From Negaprion brevirostris (taxonomy: Eukaryota): 64,000 nucleotides of DNA. The DNA lies in contig JARDVH010000128.1 of assembly GCA_030324005.1 (NCBI GenBank), positions 33,733,667 to 33,797,666 of the forward strand, in the 5' to 3' direction. The notes under the pieces are model-generated. The model did not search any database and had not been told where the DNA came from. It saw only the letters and a program-made list of their open reading frames with translations. The stretch's first letter is position 1. The number at the start of each line of letters is the position of its first letter. Both the position numbers and the translations under genes were made by a program. Shown in pieces: positions 27,730 to 40,702 of the stretch.

Positions 27730-28400
27730 ATCACCATTGTTCGTCCCCATATCTGTTGTGGGGTTGGGAGGGGGCCGATATAGCTGCTTTGTGAACTCTT
27801 CCTATTCCATTGGGTCCTTGATGCATGGCACCACCTCCAGTCAATGAGTGAGCCCATGGATTACAAGCCAGCATTGCCTAAAGGAAGACATGTTAGTGTA
27901 AACAAATCATGATCTTGACTTTGCTATGCTGTGACACATTTTACAATTGCTGGAGACAGCTTTCAGCCTGCATCCAGCGGGACTTCTGATTAGAAATAAA
28001 ACATGACAAAGTCAGAGCCACCTCAAAGGTACTGTATTTTACACAATATCTCATAAACTTAGTAAACAAAAACAACACCTTATGATCCTCCTGTATTTTC
28101 AATGTAAAAAGTGGAATCAATACATCAGAAATTGATATGTACAAATCCTGACAGCATGCATTCAATCAGAAAGTTTCTTCTTGAAGAAACTGTCCGTCAC
28201 ACGGTGCTATTTGAGCTGACCACAATGGTTAATTCCTTCCAGGCAATGGACTGCACTTTCCATGGCAGTTTTGCCTTTCCGCTTCCTAAGATGTATGTCT
28301 GTCTTCCTTCCATCACAGTGAGGAGAATGTTAATTTCTTCTTCTGCAAAATCAAAACCCACAAATTCTTCTGCACAATCTGAAGCGCTGACATTTCCCAT
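27730..28400 (-). pseudogene. Decayed Myb/SANT-like (Harbinger ORF2-type) spliced gene relic
   Basis: FAEEEINILLTVMEGRQTYILGSGKAKLPWKVQSIAWKELTIVVSSNSTV*RT, then after a frameshift KKKLSD*MHAVR. After an AG acceptor at 27878 it continues AMLACNPWAHSLTGGG. Contains stops and a frameshift. Confidence 0.65.
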
Positions 28401-28716
28401 GAGCAAAAATATAAGTACTTTTCAGTTGGCTAGACTTAGAATTGCTAAATAGTATTAAATGTTTAAAAGAATTCAAACCATATGTAACACATGATGAGTG
28501 GTCAAGAAGTTTGATTAATTTACCTTGCTGTTTAAAATGCAAAGCTGTCTGATTGCCCTCCAGGGCGATTCCCAGATTGTTCAGCATCATGGTGGCGTGG
28601 CTTTGACTCTCCCATGTTGTAACGAGGTCTGTATTGGTGGTTTCTCTGTGAGGCTGAAGGGACAATGCAAGGTCAGAAGTCTGGCCTGAAAACTTGCTTC
28701 CAGCTAAGTGTGTACT

Positions 28717-28989
28717 TGTTGAGGATTAACCAGACAACGCATGGTGAGTGCTCAATCTCCCAAGCTTTATTATTTGCTAGCAAGGAGAACACACATGCGG
28801 CGCAACACACTGCTAGGTGTTCTATTGATTCATACAGATAATTAAGAGTTATGGTTAATTACAGCAAATGAGAAACGAGCAACTTTCTCATCCTTCATTT
28901 GCATATACACTTCACCAATCATAGCATAGCTTTTTTCCCTTTCTTATCCAATAGAAAACTGTCTCCTTCATTAGAGTAACATGTTAACA
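28717..28989 (-). mobile_element. Probable solo LTR
   Basis: Bounded by tgtt...aaca. The minus strand has an AATAAA, and ccaat motifs are present. No clean TSD. Confidence 0.45.
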
Positions 28990-29394
28990 TATCTTGTTTT
29001 TTTTGTCGTGGTAACTTGTCTTTGTTTCATCCTGTGGCCAAGGCCAGGAATGCACTGTTTATGAAAATGACACAACCACTGACCCCAGTGAGGCCTTGTT
29101 TGATGATTTTTGCTGAGAGCTGCCTGCCATAGTTGTTGTAACTTAATTTCCATATACTATTTCAGTCCTCAGTCTGACTGACAAAGTCCCTTAGATCCTT
29201 GCACTTGTTGGTGAGAGTGGAGTGGAGCAAGAAATGGAAATGTGAAGTGTTTGTAGCTCTCCAGAAAGGTGCTGGAGTGGTGGAAGATTTTAGCAGAGGA
29301 AAACAAAACTGAAAAGCATTTGCCGTGATATAACAATTCCACATGTTTAAATACCCCTGATATAAACATTCCCCAATGATTTATTCACGTTTAA

Positions 29395-29650
29395 TGTTAT
29401 GATGGCCACAGGGGAAGGTCAATAGATGTCCCCATGGACCTCGAAGAATACAAGATACTCCATTAGGCGAGTGGAGGCTCGCCCGATAGGGAAGGAGCAG
29501 TGAGGGGTTTAAAACCAGCTGACTCCATTCAGGCCAGCAGTCCAAAGACTGGGGCTGAACTATACGTGGTATCTGCTGAGCAGCACTTTGAGCACACTTG
29601 TAAATAAACGGTGATGGTGACAGAAGACTGGCCTTGGTAAGATTGTTACA
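29395..29650 (+). mobile_element. Probable solo LTR (256 bp)
   Basis: tgttat...ttaca termini, with TATA-like tttaaaa followed by aataaa in LTR order. The TSD is only partial. Confidence 0.55.
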
Positions 29651-29689
29651 CTTACCTTTATGTTAAGAGCCCATCAAAGCAACATAACA

Positions 29690-30103
29690 GCAACTGTACC
29701 CCAGTCCATCAGGCAAACCAACCTCCATCCATTGACATTGTCTACACTTCCCACTGCCTCAGCAAAGCAGCCAGCGTAATCAAGGACTCCACCCACCCCA
29801 GGCATACTCTCTTCCACTTTCTTCCATCGGGAAAAAGATACAATAGTCTGAAAACGTGTACTAACCAACTCAAGAACAGCTCCTTCCTTACTGTCATCAG
29901 ATTTTTGGATGGTCCTATCATTTACTAAACTGATCTTTCTTCACACTAATCTATAACTGCAACACTATATTCTGCACCCCCTCCTTTCCTTCTCTCCTAC
30001 GTACTCTATGAATGGCATGCTTTGTCTGTATAGCGCACAAGAAACAATGCTTTTCACTGTATCCCAATACATGTGACAATAAAAAAATCAGATCAAATCA
30101 AAA
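29690..30103 (+). mobile_element. Rex1/Babar 3' fragment
   Basis: Reverse-complement homolog of 4855-5200. Ends catgtgacaataaaaaaatcagatcaaatcaaa. Confidence 0.85.
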
Positions 30104-30164
30104 CTGTCTTCACACATCTTTTCAAGTAATGCATCCTCTTAATTTCTTGCCAAACAGCAGACAA

Positions 30165-31000
30165 GGTGGGATTCTCCCAAAAAAATTCTAAATGTCAAAT
30201 TCACAAAAAACTAGAGTCAATCCCATTTTTTATTTCAGTGGGATTTTCAAAATGGATCTCCCACACCTCATGAAAAATCAGGGGCAGGGCCTATTCCCGC
30301 TGAAGGGGCCAGCAGCATAGTGCGGAACAGGCCTCTGCACATGCGCCGATCTGTCAGCGATGAGATTGGTGCATGCACAGTAGCACCGCACTGCCAACCT
30401 CTCGATCACAGGCCAGCTCAATTGCTGGTCAGCCCCGTGACTCCCCGTCACTGTCATACCGTCATCCCCCACCATCCAAATGCTGGCCTCCCGGACATGT
30501 CCAAGTCAGTCTGGACCTTCCCCCCCCCCGCCCCACTTCGATCTCCCCAATACTCCCGCAGTCCCAATCTCCACATGCCCCCAACTCCCACCCCAGCAGT
30601 CTTGATCCCCCCCATCCTCTATGGGCAGATTTGGCCCCTGCCCCCAGTCCCAACCCCATGCCATGCAGTCCTGATGCCCCAGCAGGCTGACCTCTCCTCC
30701 CACACCCTGATGGCCAGCCTCAATCACTGGCCTCCTTCCCTCTGTCACCAAGCCCAAATGCAGAGTGGCAGTGGGACCCCTCCACCGATCTCTTCAGAGG
30801 CCCCACCTTTCAGCACTGCCTGTACCCGGTGAGTAGTATCAAGATGCCTCCTGGACATTTACACTTTGCTTCTTGGACAATGCCAGGAGGCCAGGCTGGC
30901 ACTGCCTCAGGGAGCACTCCTCTTTAAGCCCAACCTTCTGGGGGCCTCCATGGCCTGTCTTCACTCCAGTGCGCTCGGACTGCTAGTTCCCTACTAGCAG
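30165..31000. mobile_element. Non-autonomous DNA element (gggtgggattctc-ended family) with a C-rich interior
   Basis: The first about 140 bp are homologous to 25395-25560. The C-rich interior produces spurious Pro-rich ORFs. Confidence 0.55.
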
Positions 31001-33099
31001 GCAGTTGTTACAATCTTTGGTGCAGAGCTGACAACGCCAAAAATCCGGCAGACGGAGACACACGGAGGCTGTGGCACCAAGCGGGAAGCCTGCTACAAGG
31101 TCTCCACTTGAGTCTCCTGGTCTGCTGTGCTGAATACCTGTTATATTCACCCAATGAGACCAAGAATTTCTACTATAGCGTTGCTTCAAACCAATAAGAT
31201 TACAAACCATTGGCAACCAAAGATTGCCAGCCGATCATCTGACGATCTATTGAAGACCAGCTACCACCATGTTAAGGTTTCTATCATTATGTCTCCTAAG
31301 GTGAATGCTGCTGCTATTTTATGTTCATACCTTGGCATTCCCATTTCAAACCAGTGTATCCACTGATTTAACAGTGTATCTACACATCATCATGAGATTT
31401 TGCTACTTTATATTTAAAAGGATAATTATCACTTAATGAGTAACTTGTAAACCCCGGGTGGTTGGCTGGCAGAAAGAGTAGGTAAATCAACTGCAAGTTG
31501 CAGTGGGAGGCCTGCAGTGCATTGTAACAGCTAGGCCTCACTTAAATGCAGGGGGGGGTGGTCACTGGCTTGAGCAGTTTTGTAGCATCTACAAGATAAT
31601 TCCTTCAAATATTCTTCACAAAAATAAGACTAACGACCGGAAGTGTGGGTGGGAACTCTGCTTTCGGTTTGACAGTTTCTGCTGGGTAGTATATTCGTGA
31701 TGGATGCTCTGTCCTGTAGGCCATAAAAATGTACTTTCCACAAAATACTCGATTAACACAAAGTCATGGAGATTTACAGCACGGAAACAGGTCCTTCAGC
31801 CCAACTTGTCCATGCCGCCCTTTTTTGTGTAAGCCCCTAAGCTTATCTCAATTGCCCGCATCTGGCCCATATCCCTCGATACCCATCTTACCCATGTAAC
31901 TTTCTAAATGCTTTTCAAAAGACAAAATTGTACCCACCTGTACTATCACCTCTGTTCCAGACACTCACATGCCCTCTGGACACTGTTTTATCGCTCCCTT
32001 CTCACCTTAAACCTATGCCCTCTAGTTTTAGACTCCCCTACCTTTAGGAAAAGGTATTCACTGTCTAGCTGATTTGTGCCCCTTATTAACATAATTAATA
32101 TAAATTCATAAAGCTCCTATGAGAGTCACCTGGACACCTCAGCTTTAAGATAGTTGTAGGATGGGAAATGAATAAATGGACTGCTTTGACTTCCACGAAA
32201 GATTACAGACGTGAAACATTAACTCTTTTCTGTCACCACAGATGCTGCCTGGCCTGCTGAGTGTTTCCAGCACTTTACTTTTAATTTCAAATTTATAGCA
32301 TCTACAGCATCTTGCTTTTGCTGCTTTGAATTCAGCTCCTCTACTACCTGGACTACCCCAGGCCAGTGAGATAAAAATCACCTTTGAAGTTTTGTTGTAG
32401 ATTTATAGCCAGCAGGGAAGTTGATCCTAATAGGATTATGGTATAGTCTATTTCAGCATTTCCTATGTCCAGTTCTCTCATCTGGTCATGGACACTACCC
32501 AGCAGTTTCTCCCCACTAATTTTCTTGCTAGACTCTTTCTCTTCTGATGATGGTAACATGCAAGGCTCTAGTTCCAATGATGTTGGCAGCCCTTCACACA
32601 AATAACACCTACAAATGGTTCAGGAAGTGGACATAGGCCAGCTATTCAATGCTAGAAGCATCACAAATGAATCAAATCTTAATTTGACCCAGTATTCAAA
32701 GAAAGCTGTAGTCAGAATTTCTGGATAGCAATCAAAAATAAGACCTCACCCCATAATGTTATTCCTGGTTCACACAGAGATCATTTTTTCAGTGGGTGAA
32801 CATAAATTTTACCCAGGACCTTATGTTCTGCACAACTTATCACCAAACAATGCACAGGCATGATGGTATCATTCTATTCCTTGATAAGCTAAACCATGAC
32901 TTTATTCGTGAAACAATAATGGGAGCATTATGCAAAAAATAGAATAATTTCCTATTTTCTCATCAACTGCCCCTTGTCTTCCTTCAGAGGAAAAATCAGT
33001 TAATGTTGATCCCATCTCCATAAACTGCACACATCTCAGCTGTCATTCGAATCAGAAAAATGATCATATAGAAATACAAAGTTCAGACTGCAACTGTCC

Positions 33100-33440
33100 G
33101 TCAAGGCTGATATTTCAATACAGTTGTGAGCAAGTGCTATACTGTCGAAGGTGCTACTTTTTAGCTAAAGCATTTAACCCAGGTTCCATCCATCTTCTCA
33201 GGAAAAGTTTCCATCGTATTTTTTGAAGGAGGGCAGGGATCATGACCAAAATTTAACTCTGAACTGACACTATTAAAAATAACATTTTCTGATCACATAT
33301 CCTGTTGTTCGTCAGATCTTGCCACACATAAATTAGTTGCCACATATTCCAACATTGCATCAGTGACTACACTTGGAGAATATTTATTTGTAAAATTATT
33401 TGGGAAATCATAAACAGAAGGTATTAGATAAATGCAAAGT
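33100..33440 (+). mobile_element. Deu-domain SINE copy
   Basis: gtgctatactgtcgaaggtgctac...catgaccaaaattt...cagtgactacactt...tagataaatgcaaagt. Confidence 0.6.
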
Positions 33441-34239
33441 CTTTGGTTGCAGATGATTTTACCTTTCAACAAGTGTATTTGAGGCCAGTCATCTCAGCTG
33501 TAGTACATTGCTGCAGGAGTTCCTCAGGTAATGTCCTTGGCTGAACCATCTTCAACTGTTTCATCAGTAATCACCATACGTTCATCATATATTCACTGAT
33601 TGCACCAGATTCGATACCATTTGTGACCTGGATACCGAAGCTATGTATCCTTCTGCAGCAAGACTTGGACAACATTCAAGCTTGGGCTGCTAAATGGCCG
33701 ACAACATTGCCTGGCACTTCTGTGGCATGAATGACCATCTCTCCATAACATTCGATGGCATTAACACTGTTGGATGTACCACCATCAAAATCCTGAGGTT
33801 ACCACTGACCAGAAACCTAACTAAATCAATCAGATAAATACTATTGTCATGCCCAGTACCACGTCATATTATGAACTTTCAGACAATACTTTTAAAAATT
33901 GGACATGAAACTGTTAAGATCGCTGCTGCAGATCATGTGACTTTTAGCACTTGGAGTCCAAACAGTATAAATCTCAGGTGCATACCTAATTAAGTATGGA
34001 CATTGGTAAAGGTAATTCAACCATTTGTGGGATTCACATATTTCACTGTTTAAAGACGGGCCATCACCTAAAGATGCTGGAGTTTCAAGACTGCCTTTAT
34101 GTTTCATAAAGGGCAAGAGCGAAGATCAAAGCTGAAAGATTACAATCAACTTCCCATTGTATTCCAAGCCCACTCCCACCCAAACTAGATGAGCCTTAGA
34201 GTTGTTAACCCAGTGATCATGTGATTGAAGCTGGTTTCA

Positions 34240-35800
34240 AAGAACACCACAGCATGGGAACAGACCCGTCAACCCTCCAAAACTGTGCCGACACAGATGC
34301 CTCTCTAATTTAATATTTTCTTCCCTCTCTGTGGTCCATGTCCCTCTATTCTCTGCCTGTTCATGTATCCATCCAGATACCTCTTGAACATTGTTACAGA
34401 ATCTGCTTTCACCACCTCCTCTGGCAGCACGTTTTAGGCATTCGCCACCTGGTGTGTAAAAAAACTTGCCTCTCACATCTCTTTTAAACTTTCCCCCTCT
34501 CACTTTCAACCCATGCTCCCTTTTTCTTTTTATACAGGGACATATCTGTCCTGAATTGTTAACAACTGACTTCTAAAAGACCCCCACATACTGGATGTGG
34601 ATTTACCCTCAAACAGCCGCTCCTCCAGATCTACATTTTCTAGCTCCTGCCTAAAACTGTTGCAGTTAGCCTTCCCCCAGTTTAGTACTTTCACTCTGGG
34701 ACTACTTCTATCCTGTTCTGCAAGTATCTTGAAACCTGTAGAATTGTGATCACTGTTCTCGAAACGGTCCCCTACTGAGATATCANNNNNNNNNNNNNNN
34801 NNNNNNNNNNNNNNNNNNNCCAAGATATCCTCAAGAAGCACTCTTGGACACACTGAACAAACTCTGCTCCTTCCAAACCTCTGGCACTAAAGAGATCCCC
34901 GCCTATATTGGGGAAGTTAAAGTTGCCCATCACAACAATCCTGTTGTTTTTACATCTTCCCATAATCTGCAAACATATCAGTTCCTCCACTTCATGTTGG
35001 CTGTTGGGAGGTCTGTAGTACAACCCTGAAGGTGTGATTGCACCAGTACTGTTCCTGAGTTCTACCCATGTGGCCTCACTACATGATCCCACCAAGGTGT
35101 TCTCCCTCTGCATAGCTGTGACATTCTCCTTAATCAGTAAAGCAACACCCCCACCTCTTTTATCATCCTTTCTATCTCAGCTGAAGCATCTAAATCCTGG
35201 AATGCTAAACTGCCAGTCCTGTCTCTCTTTCGTCCTAGTTTCCGTAATTGCCACATCATAATTCCATATAGTAATCCAAGCTTCAAGTTCATTCACCTTA
35301 CTTGTCATTCCCCTTGCATTAAAGCGAACACACCTCAGACCATCTGTCCTGTCATGTTTTGTACACTCTCCCGGTTTTATTTCTCTTAGCCTTGCCGGAC
35401 CCTTTCATTGAGTTCTCCACAGTCTCTGTACTCACCCCCCGACTTATTAGTTTAAGTCCACTCGAACTGCACAATCAAATCTCCCCGTTAGGATATCAGT
35501 GCTCCTTCCAGTTAAATGCAACCTGTCCTTCTTATACAGGTCCCATCTGCAGTGGAAGAGATCCCAGTGGTCTAAAAATCTGACACCGTCTCTCCTGCAC
35601 CAACGCTCAAGCCACTTATTAAGCTATACTATGTTACTATTTCTTGCCTCACTACCATGTAGCACAAGGAGTATTCCTGAGAGTACAGCCCTGGAGGTCC
35701 TGCATTTCAGCTGCCAACTCCCTAAACTCATTTTGCAGGACGGCATTTTCCTTCCTAACTATGTCATTAGTTCCAACATGCACAATGAATGCGGATGTTC
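34240..35800 (-). mobile_element. Internally deleted CR1/HER1 LINE (ORF1 esterase + endonuclease + 3' end)
   Basis: ORF 34772..35113 has EATWVELRN...GLYYRPPNSQ...IVVMGNFNFPNI (APE domain), and SDHN is in ORF 34530..34853. This joins directly to the 3' end at about 34520, so most of the RT is missing. Confidence 0.85.
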
Positions 35801-37648
35801 GTCCTCCATAGAATGCACTCTTATTATCTCAGGACCCAAGCCACTCTACCGTCGCCATCATCCTTTATTTAAGCATGCTCAAAGTGCAGCTCTGTGGCTA
35901 CAGAGAACAGGTCAGCCCCAAAATCTTTTGGCTGCTGGCCTAATTGGAGTTGGATGGTTTAAACACCTTGCTTCTCCTTCCCTACTGGGTGAGCTTCCAC
36001 TCGGCTAATAGGGAAGCTCCTGTTCCACGAGGTCCACAGGGAGATTTTATTGATGATCCCGTGGGACATCATAACAGGAACCATCAGTCATCTGCCAATA
36101 TGAGAACCAGACTTTGAAACTCGCTGCAAGTCACCAAGTTCCAAAGTAATTAACCTGTTCTATTTTCAAAGTTCACCTGAGAATCAATCCCCCAGATACT
36201 CAATCACAAGAAACTGCACAATCTCCTATGGAGCTTTCGCTTTACCCTCAGTTAAATCATTTAATTCATTCAGTTAAGAGGCTGAAACTTATAAATCAGA
36301 GACTAAATTAATTGTAATCTGTTAAAGGGCACTTTTTTTAAATCTGTAAATAGTCTTTGTTTGTGTGTGAATGTGTCTGTGAGACTAAGTGTGACATTGC
36401 TTTAACTTGGGATAAGTTTTTAAATCACAAAAGCTTGCTGCTTAACTATTTAACTCAAATACACACTCCAAGGGTAAGAAAAGATACACCTCTTTCAATA
36501 TAAAAGATACTGTTGCAACCAGTAAAAGAGGACATAAATTATGTCTGTGATACTGGTTACATGAACATGTCAGAGGTTGGGAATTCTGTAGCAGGTAACT
36601 CGTCTTTTGACAAAAATCTGTGCACCATTTACAAAACACAAATCAGAGTTCTGATGGGTTACTGTCCACTTACCTTGATGAGTGCACCTCCAACATCACA
36701 AGAAGCCCAACACTATCCAGGACAAAGCATCCCATTTGACTCATTAAAGTTTCTGCAACAGCATCTTCACACGCATAACCTCTCCCACCAGAAGGAAAAG
36801 GGCAGCAAATGCACGGGAACATCACCACTACCTGCAAGTTTCCCTCCAAGCCGCACACCATCCTGAATTGGAACTATATTGCTGTTCCATTGCTATCGCT
36901 CAGACTTCTTTCCTGACAGCAGATGGATAGCAGCAATTTGAAAAGGCAGCTCACCATCATCTTCTCGAGGGCAGTCATGGATCAGCAACAAATATTGGCC
37001 TTGCCAGCAATTTGCACATTCCATTAAAGGATTATATGTACCCAATTTTATTTTGGTTAATTAGGTTTTTAATGTTTTTGCTTTTGCAGAGCCTATTGTA
37101 AAAGGTAATTGCATCATTTAGTACTGTAGATAGCTGTTCAATGCAGCACTAAGAAAGGTCTTTCTTTATTCTCACCTCCCTTTACTTGTCTTGAATATTC
37201 CAAAATATTAGCCTGAGCACTATGTTTTCATAGTGGCACAACTATGCAAGGATGTAAAACTCAAGTTAAGGCCAATCTCACTATTTGCCTTTTCTTGTTT
37301 TGTTAATATGCCCTGTGCCTCATTTCAAACACCGAAGTGAGATTTTTCTCAGACTAATCAGCAACATAAGTACACTTAGCAAACTGTCTAACATTGTCTT
37401 TGAATTACAAAATCACTTCAACAAGCAGCACTGCAAAGCAGTTACCATGAAATCCACTCCTTTTGCATTTTGTACTTGATTCCTAAACAATGTTACAAAA
37501 AAAATGACTGTGTGTACAAGCTTCAGGTGTAAATGCTTCAAAGTTGAAGAGACAGGTGATTTTCCACATGGACCACTGAAGTTTAATAACCACTCCGGCC
37601 TCAAAACAATCACAGCCATTTTCCTCTGTGTGAGGTTTTGGAACAAGG

Positions 37649-40600
37649 TGTCGGATGTGGCTTGGTTGGTCTTAAGGTATTCATAGACTTAGGGGACTCA
37701 ACACCAAAAATTAATTAACTATCAGAAACTATCTACATAAGTACAGTAAGTGTCTAAGCTAGGAACCTGCTTGCTTCTAACATGGTTCTGTCCATCACTA
37801 CACTGAACCCAAGGTGTGAATCTCTTGCTTCATTGTGGATGGTATTGCACTCAGTTAGTTCCACCTTCAGCCTTTACGTGCCAAACGAGTCCCCAAGTCT
37901 TTATCCAACAGGGTTACAAATTATCCCACTTTACCCCATATATTGTATCACTAATATCTCATCTCCCCTCTCAAGTCTAAGTTCAAAGGGTCAGGCAGTC
38001 TGGAGGCCTTATAATCCTTCCATAGCTTGTTCTCACTGCTGTTGGAGGAGTGGTAGGATCTGTTGCTCAAGTAAACTTTGTTGAATTGGGGATTGTTCTG
38101 ACATTCAGGTGTCTTATCATCATCCTTTTCCGTTCTTTGGCACTGAATTGCTCTTTGTCAATTCCCCAATTGTACTGATAGATGGCGGTTGCTGTATCCT
38201 GCTCTTTACAAGATGACCTTTGGGCTCATTTCTATAGTGTTTTTTTCTCTTAGTTCTTCGTGTGGCTCATAGTGATGTACCCTGGCACGGGAGATAGCTC
38301 TTCCTGTTGTAAGAACGTGACTTAATAAACTCACCTTTGTGTTTGGCTGTGCAGTGTGCTGTCGTCAATAACGGCTGCTACTTGGTTCCAACAACATTTG
38401 TGGCACTGTTAGCTAGGATTGCAGCACCTGCTCTGTGGTCTTGGGGTTTATCTTTCCAACTTGCTTTGGGCTAGAGGTTGAGGCTCTTCTCATTAGTTCC
38501 TCTTTTGACTGTCATCTACTCAAGTGGTTGGGTTGGTCTGATCAATGAGGGGGCTTCGGGCACCTGTAGAAAAGTGAACAAACCTTTTCTGCAAGAACAG
38601 AAAACAATTCAAAGCTGAAGTACCAGTTGGGAGAATCCTGTTTGGAGCTCTTGGGAACTTGCATTTCTTTATAATGACAGCTGTTACCTTCATACCTTCT
38701 GTCATTCTGAGGAAGGTCAGGGCTATAAAGGCATCTATGCTTGAGTGAAAACGACTAGTTGCAAATGATGTAAATCAGCCTGAATATTTGTTTATTGCCA
38801 TACTTTAATGTTACTAGAATCATACTGATGACTGGAAATTCAGCTTTCTTCAGGGCTAAAATAGCATGTCTGTTGTTCATAGTCAGAAGTCTCTCAACCA
38901 CAGTTCTTTGTCCAATAGGACTGAAAATTGGATACAGGAGCCAGTGTTAAAGTTTATAAGATGACCACAAACCAAGATGTCCACATTCTTAAACAAAAAT
39001 CCAAGAAGCATGGTTGTGTCCTCTTGCTGTCTTGAGCTTGTGAATCCTCTTGGGATATTCTGCGTCGTTTCACATTTTGGCCTTGCACAGCTTCCCAAAG
39101 TATACTATTCAGTTACACTGAAGGCATTAGGGTGAAACTGTTGGTCATTGATTGCACCCATGGGGGCTTGGAACTTTGCTCCATAGTGTTGGCATGGTCA
39201 GTTTACTGGCTGGTTTGGGTATTGCATTCCTTGGTCTGAAATGTCCCTGTGTCTGCACTATTTCACTAACTGAACAATTTGATTTTTTTCCAGTAAATAT
39301 GGATCTGTGCTGCAAATGGAATTTCAGATTGCCTACCAATCTTGAAGGCTCTCTCATCGGTTAGATCTTCCTTAGCTTGAACCATGTCCAAGAGTGCATC
39401 TTCTGCCACTCCTATAACAATTCTATTCCTGATTAGCTCAGATTTCAGATCACCGTAATCTCAGCCATCTGCCACAGCTCGGGAATGAAACAGCCAACAG
39501 CTTCTTTGGCTATGTGTATTAAATTTAGCCCTTTCAAGGATTTTGTACTTTAAAATAAAGACTCAACAATTTTAAAACTTCTTCAAATTCTGCAGATGAT
39601 TCATTGATTCCTTGACAAGTTTCAGGCCTAACAAATAAAGCAGTGTGAACTTGTTCAGTTTCTGCCTTTTTATCCAGACCTGAAGCAATCATGGATCTAA
39701 GGATCTCTATTCTCCAGACCTTTGCGATTAATCTGAGCCTTGGATAAGTTCAAATTAATTTAGAAAAGTGAATTTCCAATCCATGATTAAAATTTTCAAA
39801 TTGCACGTTCAGAATCAAGAGGTTTCTGAAAATCCAAGATGGAGTCACTGTACCTTCCTTCACAAAAGATTTTCCCACACGTGCTGTTTTTGTTGGGCTC
39901 CTGGAGTAACGGCATTCATGGTCTCAGCTTTTAAATGTTTTCAACAATAGCTGTATGGATCTTGGTTAGTCTTTTCTCTTTAGTTCAATGTACTCAGGCC
40001 TCTGAAGCACCAAATTCTGTCTTTTGCTGTATTTTTAAAGCTGCCTATTCAGTCGTGATTATTTTAAAATTTTCTCTTAGTTTGGAGGAAGCTCAGCCGC
40101 CACGCATTCAGACGCTGGTTTGGGAATTAGTTGTATTAGACTAGGATTCAATGGCAATTTCTGACCACTGTAGTTTTGAACATTCTTTTCCATGTGTCCA
40201 GGAATTTCACATTTCTATCTCATCTCTTTGGTTTGTTGACTCTGCACATCTAGATACTGAACCTGGACCTCTACAGGATTCAATGAAACCTTCTGCTGCA
40301 GTGGGGAATTTAATTCTTCCTTCAGCTTCCAAGCCTTTCTTTGGAGCTTCTGTATCTTCACTTCTTAAGCTTTTCTTCAGGTCAGAATACCACTTTGATT
40401 ATACTTTTCTTCAATCTGCTAGCATTTTGTTTTCTTTCTGTAGTCTTTACTTGGTTCTGAGTTGTTTCATTTTGCAAGATGCTGGACAGTTTAGTATGTC
40501 TTAAAGTATTTGTAGTCTTAGGTAGTTCAACAGCAAGTATTTATTAACTATTGGAAATTATTTGTACATACAGTACGGGTCCAAGCCAGGAGCCATGCTT

Positions 40601-40702
40601 GCTTCTACATGTGGCTCATTACAATGACCCTGAGGTACAAGTCATGTGTTGTCTTATTCAGTTCCAATGTTAACCAATTAGCTACCAGTCTCTTATACTA
40701 CA
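37649..40702 (-). mobile_element. Internally deleted, decayed Gypsy LTR retrotransposon
   Basis: Diverged direct repeats at about 37649-37956 and about 40480-40702, with a polypurine tract (minus gagaggggagatgaga) at 37957-37972. Gag remnants IASGLDKKAETEQVHT, ERAKFN and YGDLKSELIRNRIVIGV...DLT at about 39320-39720. Protease-like VDILVCGHLINFNTGS at about 38940-38990. Confidence 0.8.

Noticed and set aside
30320-30832. 170-aa proline-rich ORF (and similar ORFs at 24008-24330)
   Set aside because: Overlapping ORFs on both strands in C-rich low-complexity repeat interiors, with no domain signal.
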